Position numbers and translations under genes: made by a program
Shown: positions 39,044-50,239 of the stretch, one piece after another
Position numbering within the stretch: position 1 is the stretch's first letter
Layout: each line of letters starts with the position of its first letter
NCBI RefSeq assembly: GCF_054482525.1
Contig: NZ_CM137006.1
Reading direction: 5' to 3' (one strand)
Length of the DNA: 64,000 nucleotides
Notes under the pieces: generated by a model
Told to the model about the DNA's origin: nothing
Database searches by the model: none
What the model saw: the letters and a program-made list of their open reading frames with translations, nothing else

Positions 39044-39373
39044 ATGAGCAATCTGAATCCATGCATGACGTGTGGTGCCTGTTGTGCATTTTTCCGCGTC
39101 TCTTTTTACTGGGCCGAAGCCGACGATGCTGGCGGTACCATTCCCGCCAGGCTCACGGAACAAATATCCCCTTTTCACCGATGCATGAGCGGTACCAATC
39201 AGAAAAACCCCCGATGTATTGCCCTTGCAGGAACACCGGGCAAAAATGCCTGCTGCACGATATATAAAAATCGATCGTCCACGTGCAGAGAATTCGCCAT
39301 GTCTGGTGAGAACGGAGTCGTCAATGAGGCTTGCAATCGTGCAAGAGCTAAATACGGGCTGACACCGTTATAA
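39044..39373 (+). CDS. ykgJ: YkgJ, Cys-rich putative zinc/iron-chelating protein (UPF0153)
   Basis: 109 aa, [17 protein letters not shown]... Confidence 0.85.
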
Positions 39374-39395
39374 ATATGCAATAATTAATTGCACT

Positions 39396-39429
39396 GCCCC
39401 GCCAGCTATAATCGCGGGGCTTCGTTTTT
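39396..39429 (+). terminator. Rho-independent terminator after ykgJ
   Basis: GCCCCGC / GCGGGGC stem followed by TTCGTTTTT. Confidence 0.65.
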
Positions 39430-39575
39430 CAGGGATAACAAAACCCGAAACTTCTTCCATCTGCCAGCAACAATGCCTCTTCCTCTATAGTGTTCTCCGG
39501 ATCTACAGCATCCTGAAGTAGCGCGATGTACTCACTAGCTATCTGTTTCAGAAAGTAAAAAGCAATGTTTTTAAC

Positions 39576-39612
39576 CTATAAAAATGGCGCTGTATTTGCG
39601 CCATTTTTATTA
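39576..39612. terminator. Bidirectional terminator between ykgJ and yagU
   Basis: AAAAATGGCGC-TGTATTT-GCGCCATTTTT perfect palindrome with A/T runs. Confidence 0.65.
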
Positions 39613-39621
39613 TTCAATGCA

Positions 39622-40236
39622 TTATCTGTTTGAGCCTAAAGGGATCTCAGGGTCTGGCTCATGAGTAATTCTGTTTCGTAAATCTCTGCGAATAATTTCA
39701 ATGGACCAGAACCAGACTAAATGTCCAAAAATTTCAGAAACATTCTCATACCACGGGAGATCAAACAGAGGTGGCGTCAGTCCCATGAGAGGGAATGAAA
39801 TCATATGAACAAAAAGTTGGGCTAAAGCACCTGCCAGTAAGCCCTGCCAGAGTTTAATTTTTGGAAATACTTCAGCGACCACACAATAACCGACAGCAAA
39901 CACTATCGAAAAGATAATGTGCGTAACACCAACCCAGTTAAAGACATGCCCGGCAAAGGTATAAACAGCCGCATTGGGATCTGTCAGTCCCAACCAATCC
40001 CGAAGAAAAATGTACGGAGGATTGAGAAAGTTACGGGAGCAATCAATTTGGCCTGCAGCCCTGATTAATGATTCCGGGCCACACGCTGCATTAAACATAT
40101 CCACCGGGCTACGTGGCGGCAATGGAACTTCAGCCCCCCACTTCACAAATGCGGAAACAACGCCAGCAATCAGCCCAATGAATGCAGCAAGACCATAACG
40201 TCTGCGGTTCGGTGGAGTTTGTTCAAATATATTCAT
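39622..40236 (-). CDS. yagU: Inner-membrane protein YagU (DUF1440)
   Basis: 204-aa hydrophobic protein. Confidence 0.88.
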
Positions 40237-40642
40237 ATCTACCCTGCTTGTACCATTATGTTATACACCTCTTCAGGAGTATTCATAAAACAAGACAAAT
40301 GTAAAGAACTGTATTGTTTTGTATAACAAAATAGTTTCCTAATCGCCAATGAATATAAGCACCATCATTTCTCCCTATTTTTATGTTAGAAGTGACAAAG
40401 ATTTGTAGGGTGATGCAGAGCTGACAATCACAGGTTTCCTTATCGGTTTTTGCATCGCACAACTAAAGCAATAAACGAGCTCCCGTCATCGGCGAATATG
40501 AATTAATTAGCCGGGCTCATAGCTGCATTCGCGTTTTAAGAATAATCCTCCTGCTCTCACCGACTATGCTTAACATTTAAAAAAGCATCAGCACTCTCGC
40601 AACGCTCTCTTATTTTCCCCTTTAGAATACCGGAGGCCTGGT

Positions 40643-41332
40643 ATGAGCAACCAAGGCGAATACCCCGAAGATAATCGGGTTGGGAAGCACGAGCCGCACG
40701 ATTTTAGTTTGACCCGTCGCGATCTGATTAAAGTCAGCGCCGCAACGGCGGCGACCGCCGTGGTTTATCCTCATTCTACGCTTGCAGCAAGCGTTCCGGC
40801 AGCTACACCCGCGCCCGAGATAATGCCCCTGACACTTAAGGTGAACGGCAAAACCGAGCAGTTGGACGTTGATACCCGAACCACGCTACTGGACGCTTTG
40901 CGTGAAAATCTGCATCTGATCGGTACCAAGAAAGGTTGCGATCACGGGCAGTGCGGAGCCTGTACCGTGCTGGTCAATGGTCGCAGGCTTAATGCCTGCC
41001 TGACGCTTGCAGTCATGCATCAGGGGGCAGAGATCACCACCATTGAAGGCCTGGGTTCACCAGAGAATCTTCACCCCATGCAGGCGGCCTTTATCAAGCA
41101 TGATGGCTTCCAGTGCGGCTACTGCACCTCCGGGCAAATTTGCTCATCAGTTGCGGTGCTAAAAGAGATTCAGGACGGCATTCCCAGTCACGTCACGGTC
41201 GATTTGGTTTCCCCTCCAGAAAGAACGGCCGATGAGATCCGTGAACGTATGAGCGGCAACATCTGTCGCTGTGGTGCATACGCTAACATCCTTGCCGCCA
41301 TTGAAGATGCTGCGGGGGAGATAAAATCATGA
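40643..41332 (+). CDS. paoA: Periplasmic aldehyde oxidoreductase 2Fe-2S subunit PaoA (Tat signal)
   Basis: 229 aa; twin-arginine motif TRRDLIK; two [2Fe-2S] Cys clusters. Confidence 0.93.
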   Translation: MSNQGEYPEDNRVGKHEPHDFSLTRRDLIKVSAATAATAVVYPHSTLAASVPAATPAPEIMPLTLKVNGKTEQLDVDTRTTLLDALRENLHLIGTKKGCDHGQCGACTVLVNGRRLNACLTLAVMHQGAEITTIEGLGSPENLHPMQAAFIKHDGFQCGYCTSGQICSSVAVLKEIQDGIPSHVTVDLVSPPERTADEIRERMSGNICRCGAYANILAAIEDAAGEIKS

Positions 41333-42285
41333 AGGCGTTTACCTATGAACGAGTGAACACCCCGGCCGAGGCGGCACTTAGCGCTCAGCGCGTACCCGGC
41401 GCAAAATTTATCGCTGGCGGGACCAATCTGCTGGACCTGATGAAGCTGGAAATTGAAACGCCAACCCACCTTATCGATGTGAACGGGCTCGGGCTCGATA
41501 AGATTGAAGTGATCGACGCGGGTGGGCTGCGCATCGGCGCACTGGTACGGAACACCGACCTGGCAGCTCACGAGCGCGTGCGTCGTGATTACGCGGTACT
41601 CTCCCGCGCCCTGCTCGCTGGCGCGTCTGGTCAGTTACGCAATCAGGCAACCACCGCAGGTAATCTGCTCCAGCGCACGCGCTGCCCCTATTTTTACGAC
41701 ACCAATCAGCCCTGCAATAAGCGCCTGCCCGGGAGCGGCTGCGCGGCACTTGAAGGCTTTAGCCGTCAGCACGCGGTGGTAGGCGTAAGCGAAGCCTGCA
41801 TTGCCACCCATCCGAGCGATATGGCGGTCGCAATGCGGTTGCTGGATGCGGTGGTGGAAACCATCACGCCGGAGGGAAAGACTCGCAGTATCACACTGGC
41901 TGATTTTTATCACCCTCCGGGAAAAACGCCGCACATTGAAACCGACCTGCTTCCCGGTGAGCTTATCGTTGCGGTGACGTTACCTCCGCCGCTCGGCGGA
42001 AAACATATTTACCGTAAGGTGCGCGATCGCGCCTCCTACGCCTTTGCCCTGGTATCGGTCGCAGCGATTATTCAGCCTGACGGCAGCGGGCGCGTCGCGC
42101 TGGGCGGAGTAGCACATAAGCCCTGGCGCATTGAGGCTGCGGATGCTCAGCTATCCCAGGGGGCGCAGGCCGTATATGACGCGCTGTTCGCCAGCGCCCA
42201 TCCCACCGCTGAAAACACCTTTAAACTCCTGTTGGCGAAGCGAACGCTTGCCTCCGTACTGGCTGAAGCGAGGGCACAGGCATGA
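41329..42285 (+). CDS. paoB: Aldehyde oxidoreductase FAD-binding subunit PaoB
   Basis: 318 aa; ATGA overlap with paoA. Confidence 0.93.
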   Translation: MKAFTYERVNTPAEAALSAQRVPGAKFIAGGTNLLDLMKLEIETPTHLIDVNGLGLDKIEVIDAGGLRIGALVRNTDLAAHERVRRDYAVLSRALLAGASGQLRNQATTAGNLLQRTRCPYFYDTNQPCNKRLPGSGCAALEGFSRQHAVVGVSEACIATHPSDMAVAMRLLDAVVETITPEGKTRSITLADFYHPPGKTPHIETDLLPGELIVAVTLPPPLGGKHIYRKVRDRASYAFALVSVAAIIQPDGSGRVALGGVAHKPWRIEAADAQLSQGAQAVYDALFASAHPTAENTFKLLLAKRTLASVLAEARAQA

Positions 42286-44480
42286 AATTTGATAAACCCG
42301 CAGGGGAAAACCCGATCGATCAGCTGAAGGTTGTCGGTCGTCCCCATGACCGCATCGACGGACCGCTGAAAACTACCGGCACGGCACGCTACGCCTACGA
42401 ATGGTATGAAGAAGCTCCCAACGCCGCCTATGGCTATATCGTCGGTTCCGCCATTGCCAAAGGACGCCTCACCGCCCTCGATACGGACGCCGCGCAAAAA
42501 GCGCCGGGCGTACTGGCTGTCATTACCGCCAGTAACGCCGGGGCACTCGGCAAAGGCGACAAAAACACCGCCAGCCTGTTAGGCGGCCCCACTATTGAGC
42601 ACTATCATCAGGCCATTGCGCTGGTAGTGGCTGAGACCTTCGAACAGGCGCGAGCGGCGGCCTCGCTGGTGCAGGCGCACTATCGCCGTAATAAAGGAGC
42701 TTACTCCCTGGCGGACGAAAAACAGGCCGTCAGTCAGCCGCCGGAAGACACGCCCGATAAAAACGTTGGTGACTTTGACGGGGCTTTCACCTCCGCTGCG
42801 GTGAAGATTGATGCTACCTACACGACCCCGGACCAGAGCCATATGGCGATGGAGCCGCATGCCTCGATGGCCGTCTGGGATGGAAATAAGCTTACCCTCT
42901 GGACCTCAAATCAGATGATTGACTGGTGCCGCACCGATCTGGCAAAAACGCTGAAAGTGCCCGTGGAGAATGTGCGTATTATCTCCCCGTATATCGGTGG
43001 AGGGTTTGGCAGCAAGCTGTTCCTGAGAAGCGATGCGCTGCTGGCGGCCCTCGCCGCCCGTGCGGTGAAACGTCCGGTTAAAGTGATGCTCCCCCGCCCC
43101 ACTATTCCCAATAACACCACGCACCGCCCCGCCACCCTTCAGCACTTGCGTATCGGTGCCGACCAGAGCGGGAAAATCACTGCTATCTCACATGAAAGCT
43201 GGTCCGGAAACCTGCCCGGCGGCACGCCGGAAACGGCGGTACAGCAAAGCGAATTTCTTTACGCAGGGGCGAATCGTCATATCGGCCTGCGGCTCGCCAC
43301 GCTTGATTTGCCGGAAGGGAACGCCATGCGTGCGCCCGGCGAAGCCCCCGGTCTGATGGCGCTCGAAATCGCGATCGATGAACTGGCGGAAAAAGCGGGC
43401 ATCGATCCCGTCGAGTTTCGCATCCTGAATGACACTCAGGTTGACCCCGCCGACCCGACGCGCCGCTTCTCTCGCCGTCAGCTTATCGAGTGCTTGCGCA
43501 CCGGAGCGGATAAATTTGGCTGGAAGCAGCGCAACGCCACACCCGGACAGGTACGCGACGGAGAGTGGCTAGTCGGCCACGGCGTCGCGGCGGGCTTTCG
43601 CAATAATCTGCTGGAAAAATCGGGGGCTCGGGTTCACCTCGAACCAAACGGCACCGTTACCGTGGAAACGGACATGACCGACATTGGCACCGGCAGCTAC
43701 ACCATTCTGGCCCAGACGGCAGCGGAAATGCTTGGCGTACCGCTGGAGCAGGTTGCGGTTCACCTCGGCGATTCCAGTTTCCCGGTTTCTGCGGGGTCTG
43801 GTGGACAATGGGGCGCAAATACCTCCACCTCCGGCATTTACGCCGCCTGTGTGAAGCTTCGCGAAATGATTGCCTCGGCAGTCGGGTTTGATCCTGAGCA
43901 GTCGCAGTTTGCCGACGGCAAGATTACCAACGGTACCCGAAGCGCCATGCTACATGAGGCCACCGCAGGCGGCAGACTGACAGCGGAAGAGAGCATTGAA
44001 TTCGGAACACTGAGCAAGGAGTACCAGCAGTCGACCTTTGCCGGGCATTTTGTGGAGGTCGGCGTGCATAGCGCGACGGGAGAAGTTCGGGTCCGGCGTA
44101 TGCTCGCTGTGTGTGCTGCAGGACGCATCCTGAATCCGAAAACTGCACGCAGCCAGGTCATTGGCGCAATGACTATGGGCATGGGTGCGGCACTGATGGA
44201 GGAGCTGGCGGTGGATAACCGTTTGGGCTACTTCGTTAATCACGATATGGCGGGGTATGAGGTGCCGGTCCATGCGGATATCCCAAAACAGGAGGTGATT
44301 TTCCTGGATGATACCGACCCCATCTCCTCCCCGATGAAGGCCAAAGGTGTCGGTGAGCTGGGCCTGTGCGGCGTGAGCGCGGCTATCGCCAACGCGGTGT
44401 ATAACGCCACCGGTATTCGGGTACGGGATTATCCCATCACTCTGGATAAGCTGCTCCATAAACTGCCGGATGTGGTTTAA
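42282..44480 (+). CDS. paoC: Aldehyde oxidoreductase molybdopterin-binding subunit PaoC
   Basis: 732 aa xanthine-dehydrogenase-family Mo subunit; ATGA overlap with paoB. Confidence 0.93.
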   Translation: MKFDKPAGENPIDQLKVVGRPHDRIDGPLKTTGTARYAYEWYEEAPNAAYGYIVGSAIAKGRLTALDTDAAQKAPGVLAVITASNAGALGKGDKNTASLLGGPTIEHYHQAIALVVAETFEQARAAASLVQAHYRRNKGAYSLADEKQAVSQPPEDTPDKNVGDFDGAFTSAAVKIDATYTTPDQSHMAMEPHASMAVWDGNKLTLWTSNQMIDWCRTDLAKTLKVPVENVRIISPYIGGGFGSKLFLRSDALLAALAARAVKRPVKVMLPRPTIPNNTTHRPATLQHLRIGADQSGKITAISHESWSGNLPGGTPETAVQQSEFLYAGANRHIGLRLATLDLPEGNAMRAPGEAPGLMALEIAIDELAEKAGIDPVEFRILNDTQVDPADPTRRFSRRQLIECLRTGADKFGWKQRNATPGQVRDGEWLVGHGVAAGFRNNLLEKSGARVHLEPNGTVTVETDMTDIGTGSYTILAQTAAEMLGVPLEQVAVHLGDSSFPVSAGSGGQWGANTSTSGIYAACVKLREMIASAVGFDPEQSQFADGKITNGTRSAMLHEATAGGRLTAEESIEFGTLSKEYQQSTFAGHFVEVGVHSATGEVRVRRMLAVCAAGRILNPKTARSQVIGAMTMGMGAALMEELAVDNRLGYFVNHDMAGYEVPVHADIPKQEVIFLDDTDPISSPMKAKGVGELGLCGVSAAIANAVYNATGIRVRDYPITLDKLLHKLPDVV

Positions 44481-44489
44481 GGAGGAACA

Positions 44490-45446
44490 ATGTCATACTC
44501 GCTTTTTGACAAAGACGAGCACTGGCATAAGCCAGAGCAGGCGTTTCTCACCGATGACCACCGGACCATTCTGCGCTTCGCCGTAGAGGCGCTAATGTCC
44601 GGTAAAGGAGCGGTGCTGGTGACGCTGGTGGAGATACGCGGCGGCGCGGCGCGCCCGCTCGGGGCTCAGATGGTGGTGCGCGAAGATGGTCGTTACTGCG
44701 GTTTTGTCTCTGGCGGCTGCGTGGAGGCCGCTGCCGCTTTTGAAGCGCTGGAGATGATGGGCTCAGGCCGCGATCGCGAAATTCGCTATGGCGAAGGTTC
44801 GCCGTGGTTTGACATCGTTCTGCCCTGCGGCGGTGGGATCACGCTGACGCTCCATAAACTACGCTCGGCACAGCCTCTGCTCGCCGTGCTGAACCGCCTG
44901 GAACAGAGAAAACCGGCGGGTCTGCGCTACGATCCGCAAGCACAATCGTTGGTGTGCCTGCCCACGCAAACCCGGACGGGCTGGAATCTCAATGGCTTTG
45001 AGGTGGGGTTCAGGCCATGCGTCAGGCTGATGATTTACGGACGTTCTCTTGAGGCGCAGGCAACCGCGAGTCTTGCAGCAGCCACAGGCTATGACAGCCA
45101 TATCTTCGATCTTTTTCCGGCCTCAGCCAGCGCTCAGATCGATACCGATACGGCGGTCATTTTGCTGTGCCATGATCTCAACCGGGAGCTGCCAGTGTTG
45201 CAGGCCGCGCGAGAAGCAAAACCCTTTTATCTCGGCGCATTGGGCAGCTATCGAACCCACACTTTACGTCTGCAAAAGCTCCACGAGCTGGGATGGTCCA
45301 GGGAGGAGACAGCGCAAATCCGGGCACCCGTCGGGATATTCCCCAAAGCCCGGGATGCGCATACTCTGGCACTCTCCGTGCTGGCAGAAGTCGCCTCTGT
45401 ACGTCTCCATCAGGAGGAGGATTCATGCCTGCCCCCGTCGTCCTGA
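44490..45446 (+). CDS. paoD: XdhC-like Moco insertion chaperone PaoD
   Basis: 318 aa. Confidence 0.9.
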   Translation: MSYSLFDKDEHWHKPEQAFLTDDHRTILRFAVEALMSGKGAVLVTLVEIRGGAARPLGAQMVVREDGRYCGFVSGGCVEAAAAFEALEMMGSGRDREIRYGEGSPWFDIVLPCGGGITLTLHKLRSAQPLLAVLNRLEQRKPAGLRYDPQAQSLVCLPTQTRTGWNLNGFEVGFRPCVRLMIYGRSLEAQATASLAAATGYDSHIFDLFPASASAQIDTDTAVILLCHDLNRELPVLQAAREAKPFYLGALGSYRTHTLRLQKLHELGWSREETAQIRAPVGIFPKARDAHTLALSVLAEVASVRLHQEEDSCLPPSS

Positions 45447-45500
45447 TCCTTGCGGCCGGGCGTGGAGAGCGCTTTCTCGCCTCCGGGGGAAATACCCATA
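45425..45500 (+). pseudogene. N-terminal stub of a MobA/MocA-like molybdenum-cofactor nucleotidyltransferase gene
   Basis: ATG overlapping the paoD end encodes MPAPVVLILAAGRGERFLASGG (nucleotidyltransferase P-loop-like), then similarity is lost in an AT-rich junction. Confidence 0.5.
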
Positions 45501-45625
45501 AATTAAGAGAAAAATCTGCAGTAGCCGTTTTAGAAAATCACCTAAATCGTTTAAAAGAGCACCCAACCCATAGTGGGCGCTCATCGCCTTGTGTAACTTA
45601 TTCAGCAACGCGCGCCCTCGCCGGA

Positions 45626-46819
45626 CTAAAGCGCACCGGCCTTCTGGCGTGCGGTAACAAAGGTCAGTACGCCAGCGCAAAGGAGCAGCACGCTACTCAT
45701 AGCAAACGTGCTCTGCCAGCCAAGGCGGTCAAATACGATGCCTCCTGCTGTTGATCCAAGGGCGATGGAGAGCTGAATCACCGCGACCATGAGCCCGCCT
45801 CCGGCTTCGGCGTTGTCAGGCAACGTACGCGCAATCCATGTCCACCATCCGGTTGGCGCGGCGGTGGCCAGCATGCCCCAGAGTCCTAACAGCAGCGAGA
45901 CCGTCCAGACGTGATGCCCGGTCAGCATCAGACCGATAGCAATGACGGCCATCAGTCCGGGTATGGCCATCAGCGTGGGGTAGAATTTTCTGTTGAGAAA
46001 TGCCGAAACAACCAGCGTGCCAATAAAACCGGCCACGCCGATAATCAGCAAAATCAACGACAAGCCTAAGGAATTAACCCGTGTCACCGACTCCAGAAAC
46101 GGGCGCACATAGGTGAATAGTGCAAACTGCCCCATGAAAAACAGGCAGCAGGCTATCATGCCGACCACAACCATGCGGCGGCTAAATAAGCGGAATACCG
46201 CGCCACATGAAGTGTGGCTTTTATTCGCATCCATGCTTGGCAGGCTGATGCACTGCCAGATAAAGGCGACAACCGCGATGGGCACCAGGCACAAGAAAGC
46301 GCCTCGCCATCCGACCGTAGCCCCCAGATAGCTTCCCAGCGGTGCGGCCACGACCGTCGCCAGCGCATTACCGGCGTTGAAAATTGCCAGCGCACGCGTG
46401 ACCTGATGCTGCGGCACCAGACGAATCGCCGTTGCCGCTGACATCGACCAGAATCCGCCAATAGCCACACCAATCATCGCACGACCGACCATATACATCA
46501 GATAACTGGAAGCCAGCGCAATAATAAGCCCCGATACGGCCATCAGAACCGTCATCCCCAGCAGCAGGAACTTACGATTCATCTTTCCAGCTAGCGTTGA
46601 AAGCGTCAGGCTGGTCAGAACCGCCAGCGCGCCGGAGATAGCAATCCCCTGCCCTGCCAGCCCCTCCGTCACGCCTAAATCGCGGGTAATCGGCGTGAGC
46701 AGGCTGACGGGCATAAATTCAGAAGCAATCAGCACAAACACGCACAGGGTCATGGCAAAAATACCGCCCCAGTATGCGCGCTGATGATGAGGTGATAGTG
46801 TTTGGCTTAGTGTCGACAT
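45626..46819 (-). CDS. MFS transporter (12-TM, efflux-type)
   Basis: 397-aa hydrophobic protein with MFS-like repeats. Confidence 0.85.
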   Translation of the reverse strand: MSTLSQTLSPHHQRAYWGGIFAMTLCVFVLIASEFMPVSLLTPITRDLGVTEGLAGQGIAISGALAVLTSLTLSTLAGKMNRKFLLLGMTVLMAVSGLIIALASSYLMYMVGRAMIGVAIGGFWSMSAATAIRLVPQHQVTRALAIFNAGNALATVVAAPLGSYLGATVGWRGAFLCLVPIAVVAFIWQCISLPSMDANKSHTSCGAVFRLFSRRMVVVGMIACCLFFMGQFALFTYVRPFLESVTRVNSLGLSLILLIIGVAGFIGTLVVSAFLNRKFYPTLMAIPGLMAVIAIGLMLTGHHVWTVSLLLGLWGMLATAAPTGWWTWIARTLPDNAEAGGGLMVAVIQLSIALGSTAGGIVFDRLGWQSTFAMSSVLLLCAGVLTFVTARQKAGAL

Positions 46820-46894
46820 AGTGAAATTTCACAAAGATCAGGATAAAAGCCACCAGCCTATGGCCGGTGGCTTTGCATCAATTCAGGAGAGGTT

Positions 46895-48031
46895 TTATTT
46901 CAGTTTGGTCTGGAAAAATTGTTCGAACTTCGCGAAAGGTATTTTTCCGGCCACGTTATCGTACAGGTCCACGTGATTTGCCCCTGGTACCACCACCAGC
47001 TCTTTGTCGTTACTGCCAACCACCTTGTAAGCATCTTCAGCAAAATAGCGTGAATGCGCTTTCTCACCGGTCACAATCAGCGTCGGGATGGTGATTTCAC
47101 TGGCGTAGCTCAACAGCGGCATATTCATAAATGACAGCGGCATCGTTGCCGTCCACGCCCCGGTAGAGTTAACGGAACGTTCGTGGAAGCCGCGCGGCAT
47201 GCGATAGTAGTCAAAGAACTCTTTCAGTACCGGATGAGGATTTGCCGGCAGCGTTTCTGGCAGAATGCGCTCGCCCGCACTGACCTTGCCGTTGCTGTCG
47301 ACATTAATATCATGACCACCGTGAGCGAACGTTCCGCTCTGCGCATCCTTCCAGCGCTGTTCATTCAGATATTGCAGAACGGCACGACGGTCGGCGGTAG
47401 AATAACGGTCTTTGCCATCCCCCACACCATGACCCATCGCCCGGCTCATGTCATACATCACGCTGGTAGCTACCGCTTTAACGCGGGTATCCATCGCCAC
47501 GTCGTTCAGCGCCATGCCGCCCCAGCCACAAATACCGAGCAGCCCGATACGGTTGCGATCTACCTCTTTTTGCAGCCCTAAGAAATCCACCGCCGCGCTG
47601 AAATCTTCAGTGTTGATATCCGGTGAGGCGACGTTTCGCGGATAGCCGCCGCTTTCCCCGGTGTAAGAAGGATCGAACGCCAGGGTAACAAACCCTCGTT
47701 CCGCCAGCGTCTGCGCATACAAGCCGCTGGATTGCTCTTTCACCGCGCCAAATGGCCCACTGACCGCAATCGCCGCCAGCTTGCGATCGCCACGGTCTTT
47801 AGGCAGGTAAAGATCGCCCACTAAGGTGATGCCATATCGGTTCGGGAACGAGACTTTACGGTGATCGACTTTCTGGCTCTCGGCGAACGTTTTATCCCAT
47901 TTATCTGCCATGGACACAGGGGCATTAGGATTGGTTGAATCAGCATAACTCATTGTCGTGACTCCACTTAATGATGCGAAAAGCAGCATGGTCGGCATCG
48001 CGGTTTTTAGCGTGCGGGTGAAGGCTTTCAT
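46895..48031 (-). CDS. Secreted alpha/beta-fold hydrolase (GxCxG), paralog of the 27219-28139 gene
   Basis: GICGWGGMALN elbow; N-terminal signal peptide ...LLFASLSGVTTMSYA; start may be 48052. Confidence 0.75.
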   Translation of the reverse strand: MKAFTRTLKTAMPTMLLFASLSGVTTMSYADSTNPNAPVSMADKWDKTFAESQKVDHRKVSFPNRYGITLVGDLYLPKDRGDRKLAAIAVSGPFGAVKEQSSGLYAQTLAERGFVTLAFDPSYTGESGGYPRNVASPDINTEDFSAAVDFLGLQKEVDRNRIGLLGICGWGGMALNDVAMDTRVKAVATSVMYDMSRAMGHGVGDGKDRYSTADRRAVLQYLNEQRWKDAQSGTFAHGGHDINVDSNGKVSAGERILPETLPANPHPVLKEFFDYYRMPRGFHERSVNSTGAWTATMPLSFMNMPLLSYASEITIPTLIVTGEKAHSRYFAEDAYKVVGSNDKELVVVPGANHVDLYDNVAGKIPFAKFEQFFQTKLK

Positions 48032-48218
48032 AAAAATCCCCATAAAAAACAACAGAGAGATACAGGTTTCCGACGGACAACGCTGCGGTGCTTTACTTTG
48101 ATGGGGTCATTATAGTGAGCAGAATTAGTGCTGATTAGGGGGCGATTAATGCTAAGATTAATACCATATTGTTATAAATTAATGCGGAGATTGCCGGCAT
48201 GAAGGGGGGGATGTTTCA

Positions 48219-49103
48219 ATGGCGAAAAGGGAGAACTACAACGAGCTGTACCTGTTTATGCAGGTGGTGCGGGAAGGCAGCTTTACCGCAGCGGCTCAGC
48301 GGCTGGGTCTTGCTCAGTCAGGAGTCAGCCGTTCTGTTCGCGAGCTTGAAGAAAGGCTGGGCGTCCAGCTGCTAGTGCGCACCACGCGTAAACTGTCGCT
48401 GACACAAGCAGGCGAGCAGCTCTACCAGAAGACGGCATCTGGATTTGAAATGTTAGATCTTGGGCTTGCCACGCTGGCGCACTATCGAGAGACGCCCTCC
48501 GGCACGGTGCGTATCAATGCCAGCCAGCACGCGATTGATAAATGCCTGCTGCCAAAGCTGGCGGTATTTAAACAGAGATATCCTGATATCCGGCTTGAAC
48601 TGATAAATGAGAGCCGGTTCGTCGATATCATCGAGGAAAGATTCGATGCAGGTGTCCGCCTGGGGCCTGAAGTCGGCCAGGGTATGGTCGCGGTACGCAT
48701 CACGCCCGATATGGAGATGGCAATTGTGGGGACTCCGGAACATTTTCGTCGTTATGGTTTTCCGCAAACCCCGGCGGATTTAAAGGCGCATCCCTGTATC
48801 GCCTATCAGTTTGCCGACGGCAGCGTATACCAGTGGGAACTCAATCAGGATGATAAAAAAATCACTCATCGCCCTGAAGGGCAATGGGCCCTATCCGACA
48901 GCTATATGGAAGCAGAAGCCGCCCGGCTGGGCCTCGGATTGGCCTATGTTCCTGTTGAACTGGTCGCGGATGATTTAGAACACGGTAACCTTATCAGGGT
49001 GTTGCAGCGTTACAGCCTGCGAATGGAGGGATTGTTTCTCTATTACCCTCATCGCAACGTCTCCCCCGCTCTGCGGATGGTCATTGATACATTGAAAATC
49101 TGA
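48219..49103 (+). CDS. LysR-family transcriptional regulator
   Basis: 294 aa; HTH VVREGSFTAAAQRLGLAQSGVSRSVRELEE; divergent from the hydrolase gene. Confidence 0.85.
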   Translation: MAKRENYNELYLFMQVVREGSFTAAAQRLGLAQSGVSRSVRELEERLGVQLLVRTTRKLSLTQAGEQLYQKTASGFEMLDLGLATLAHYRETPSGTVRINASQHAIDKCLLPKLAVFKQRYPDIRLELINESRFVDIIEERFDAGVRLGPEVGQGMVAVRITPDMEMAIVGTPEHFRRYGFPQTPADLKAHPCIAYQFADGSVYQWELNQDDKKITHRPEGQWALSDSYMEAEAARLGLGLAYVPVELVADDLEHGNLIRVLQRYSLRMEGLFLYYPHRNVSPALRMVIDTLKI

Positions 49104-49316
49104 ACGTTAACAACGACCGACTCTTTACTGTGCAAAATTGTGTCAGGTAGTCCCTCTGCGTTCAATTCCAGGGTCTGTACACCCTGCTTTGAGCGAGAAA
49201 GAGGGGACTATCCAGCAATGGAGATCACCCAAAAGAAAAAACCACCTGGCTCCCTCGACAACCTTCATCCAGGCATTTAGCCTCAATCAACATTTTTATA
49301 TCTGTCAGGTTACTTC

Positions 49317-49590
49317 ATGATGAAAACTGATCATTATCGTTGTTTTTGTTGCAATAGTAGAATACGCGTATTTATTCCTCCATCTCTATTAATAACGGCA
49401 ATAAACTGTTCACTTCACTGATATTTAAAATATGTATCCTTTTCAAGCTGTTCAGCGGCGTAAGAAAAAGCATTAATTATGAATTCGACGATTTAACCAT
49501 TTCAGTCTGATTGGTAATCATCTGTGATTAATGCTGGTCTATTGATTACGCCAGCATTAACCGCTTAGGGATGTATTCTTCCTGTTCATA
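49317..49590 (+). repeat. Degenerate second copy of the ykgR-(ykgM-ykgO) locus: frameshifted ykgR paralog fused to the 3' end of an rpmJ2-like gene plus its terminator
   Basis: 49327-49441 matches 30040-30150 (ykgR 3' part and downstream) and 49441-49590 matches 30824-30966 (ykgO 3' end and terminator), about 85-90 percent identity by eye, same orientation. Confidence 0.7.
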
Positions 49591-49793
49591 TAGCCCTCGA
49601 AAAAGAGAGAAAATAAAACTGTGTCCAATATTAATTTACCACTCCAGACCGAAGCATCGGTGGGATTAGCAGGACGACTGGTACAGAAGGATGGTATAGC
49701 GTCATTTGTCGGGCATTCCATTGCCATAATAATGACAATTTTGAATCAATAGACATGCTTCTTGATCATGTCTTAAAAATTAGACCATGAGCC

Positions 49794-50024
49794 TTACGAA
49801 GCATCATTTTTACTGACTGGTATTAACTTTGCTATCATATAAACTCTATTCTTAAAAAACGCGCCCAGAATTTTATATGATTTTCCTTGTTTTGCTGCCT
49901 GTAAAGAAATTTCTTTTTCAGTGCTGTCGATGGTTGAACCGACGGCAGTAATCGTTTTGGCGACGCTACTGAAGGATATTAAAGACAGTGTAACCACAAC
50001 AATTAAAGAATAGATAATATTCAT
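49794..50024 (-). CDS. Small periplasmic DUF1471 (YhcN/BhsA-family) protein
   Basis: Signal peptide MNIIYSLIVVVTLSLISFSSVA and C-terminal ...GKSYKILGAFFKNRVYMIAKLI pattern. Confidence 0.5.
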   Translation of the reverse strand: MNIIYSLIVVVTLSLISFSSVAKTITAVGSTIDSTEKEISLQAAKQGKSYKILGAFFKNRVYMIAKLIPVSKNDAS

Positions 50025-50239
50025 GCTAATTCTCCTGACAATTGAGAGGATGAGTTTTATATACAAAGGCATTAAATATGAGTCATGTTTACTCCCTGTG
50101 AAAATAATCTTACTGTAATTAAACCTTCATCTCCTTCGGAGTGAGCAATGCATAATATAATGCATCTTGCTATTCAAAACAGTGGATATAAATTTTCCTT
50201 CCGACCTATTTAATAAAACGTGAATATAAAAGTTATTCT

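Noticed and set aside
45293-45754. 153-aa plus-strand ORF spanning the paoD end into the MFS gene
   Set aside because: Only the 22 codons after its internal ATG at 45425 look like a real (mocA-like) gene start; the rest is antisense to the MFS gene and is a read-through artefact
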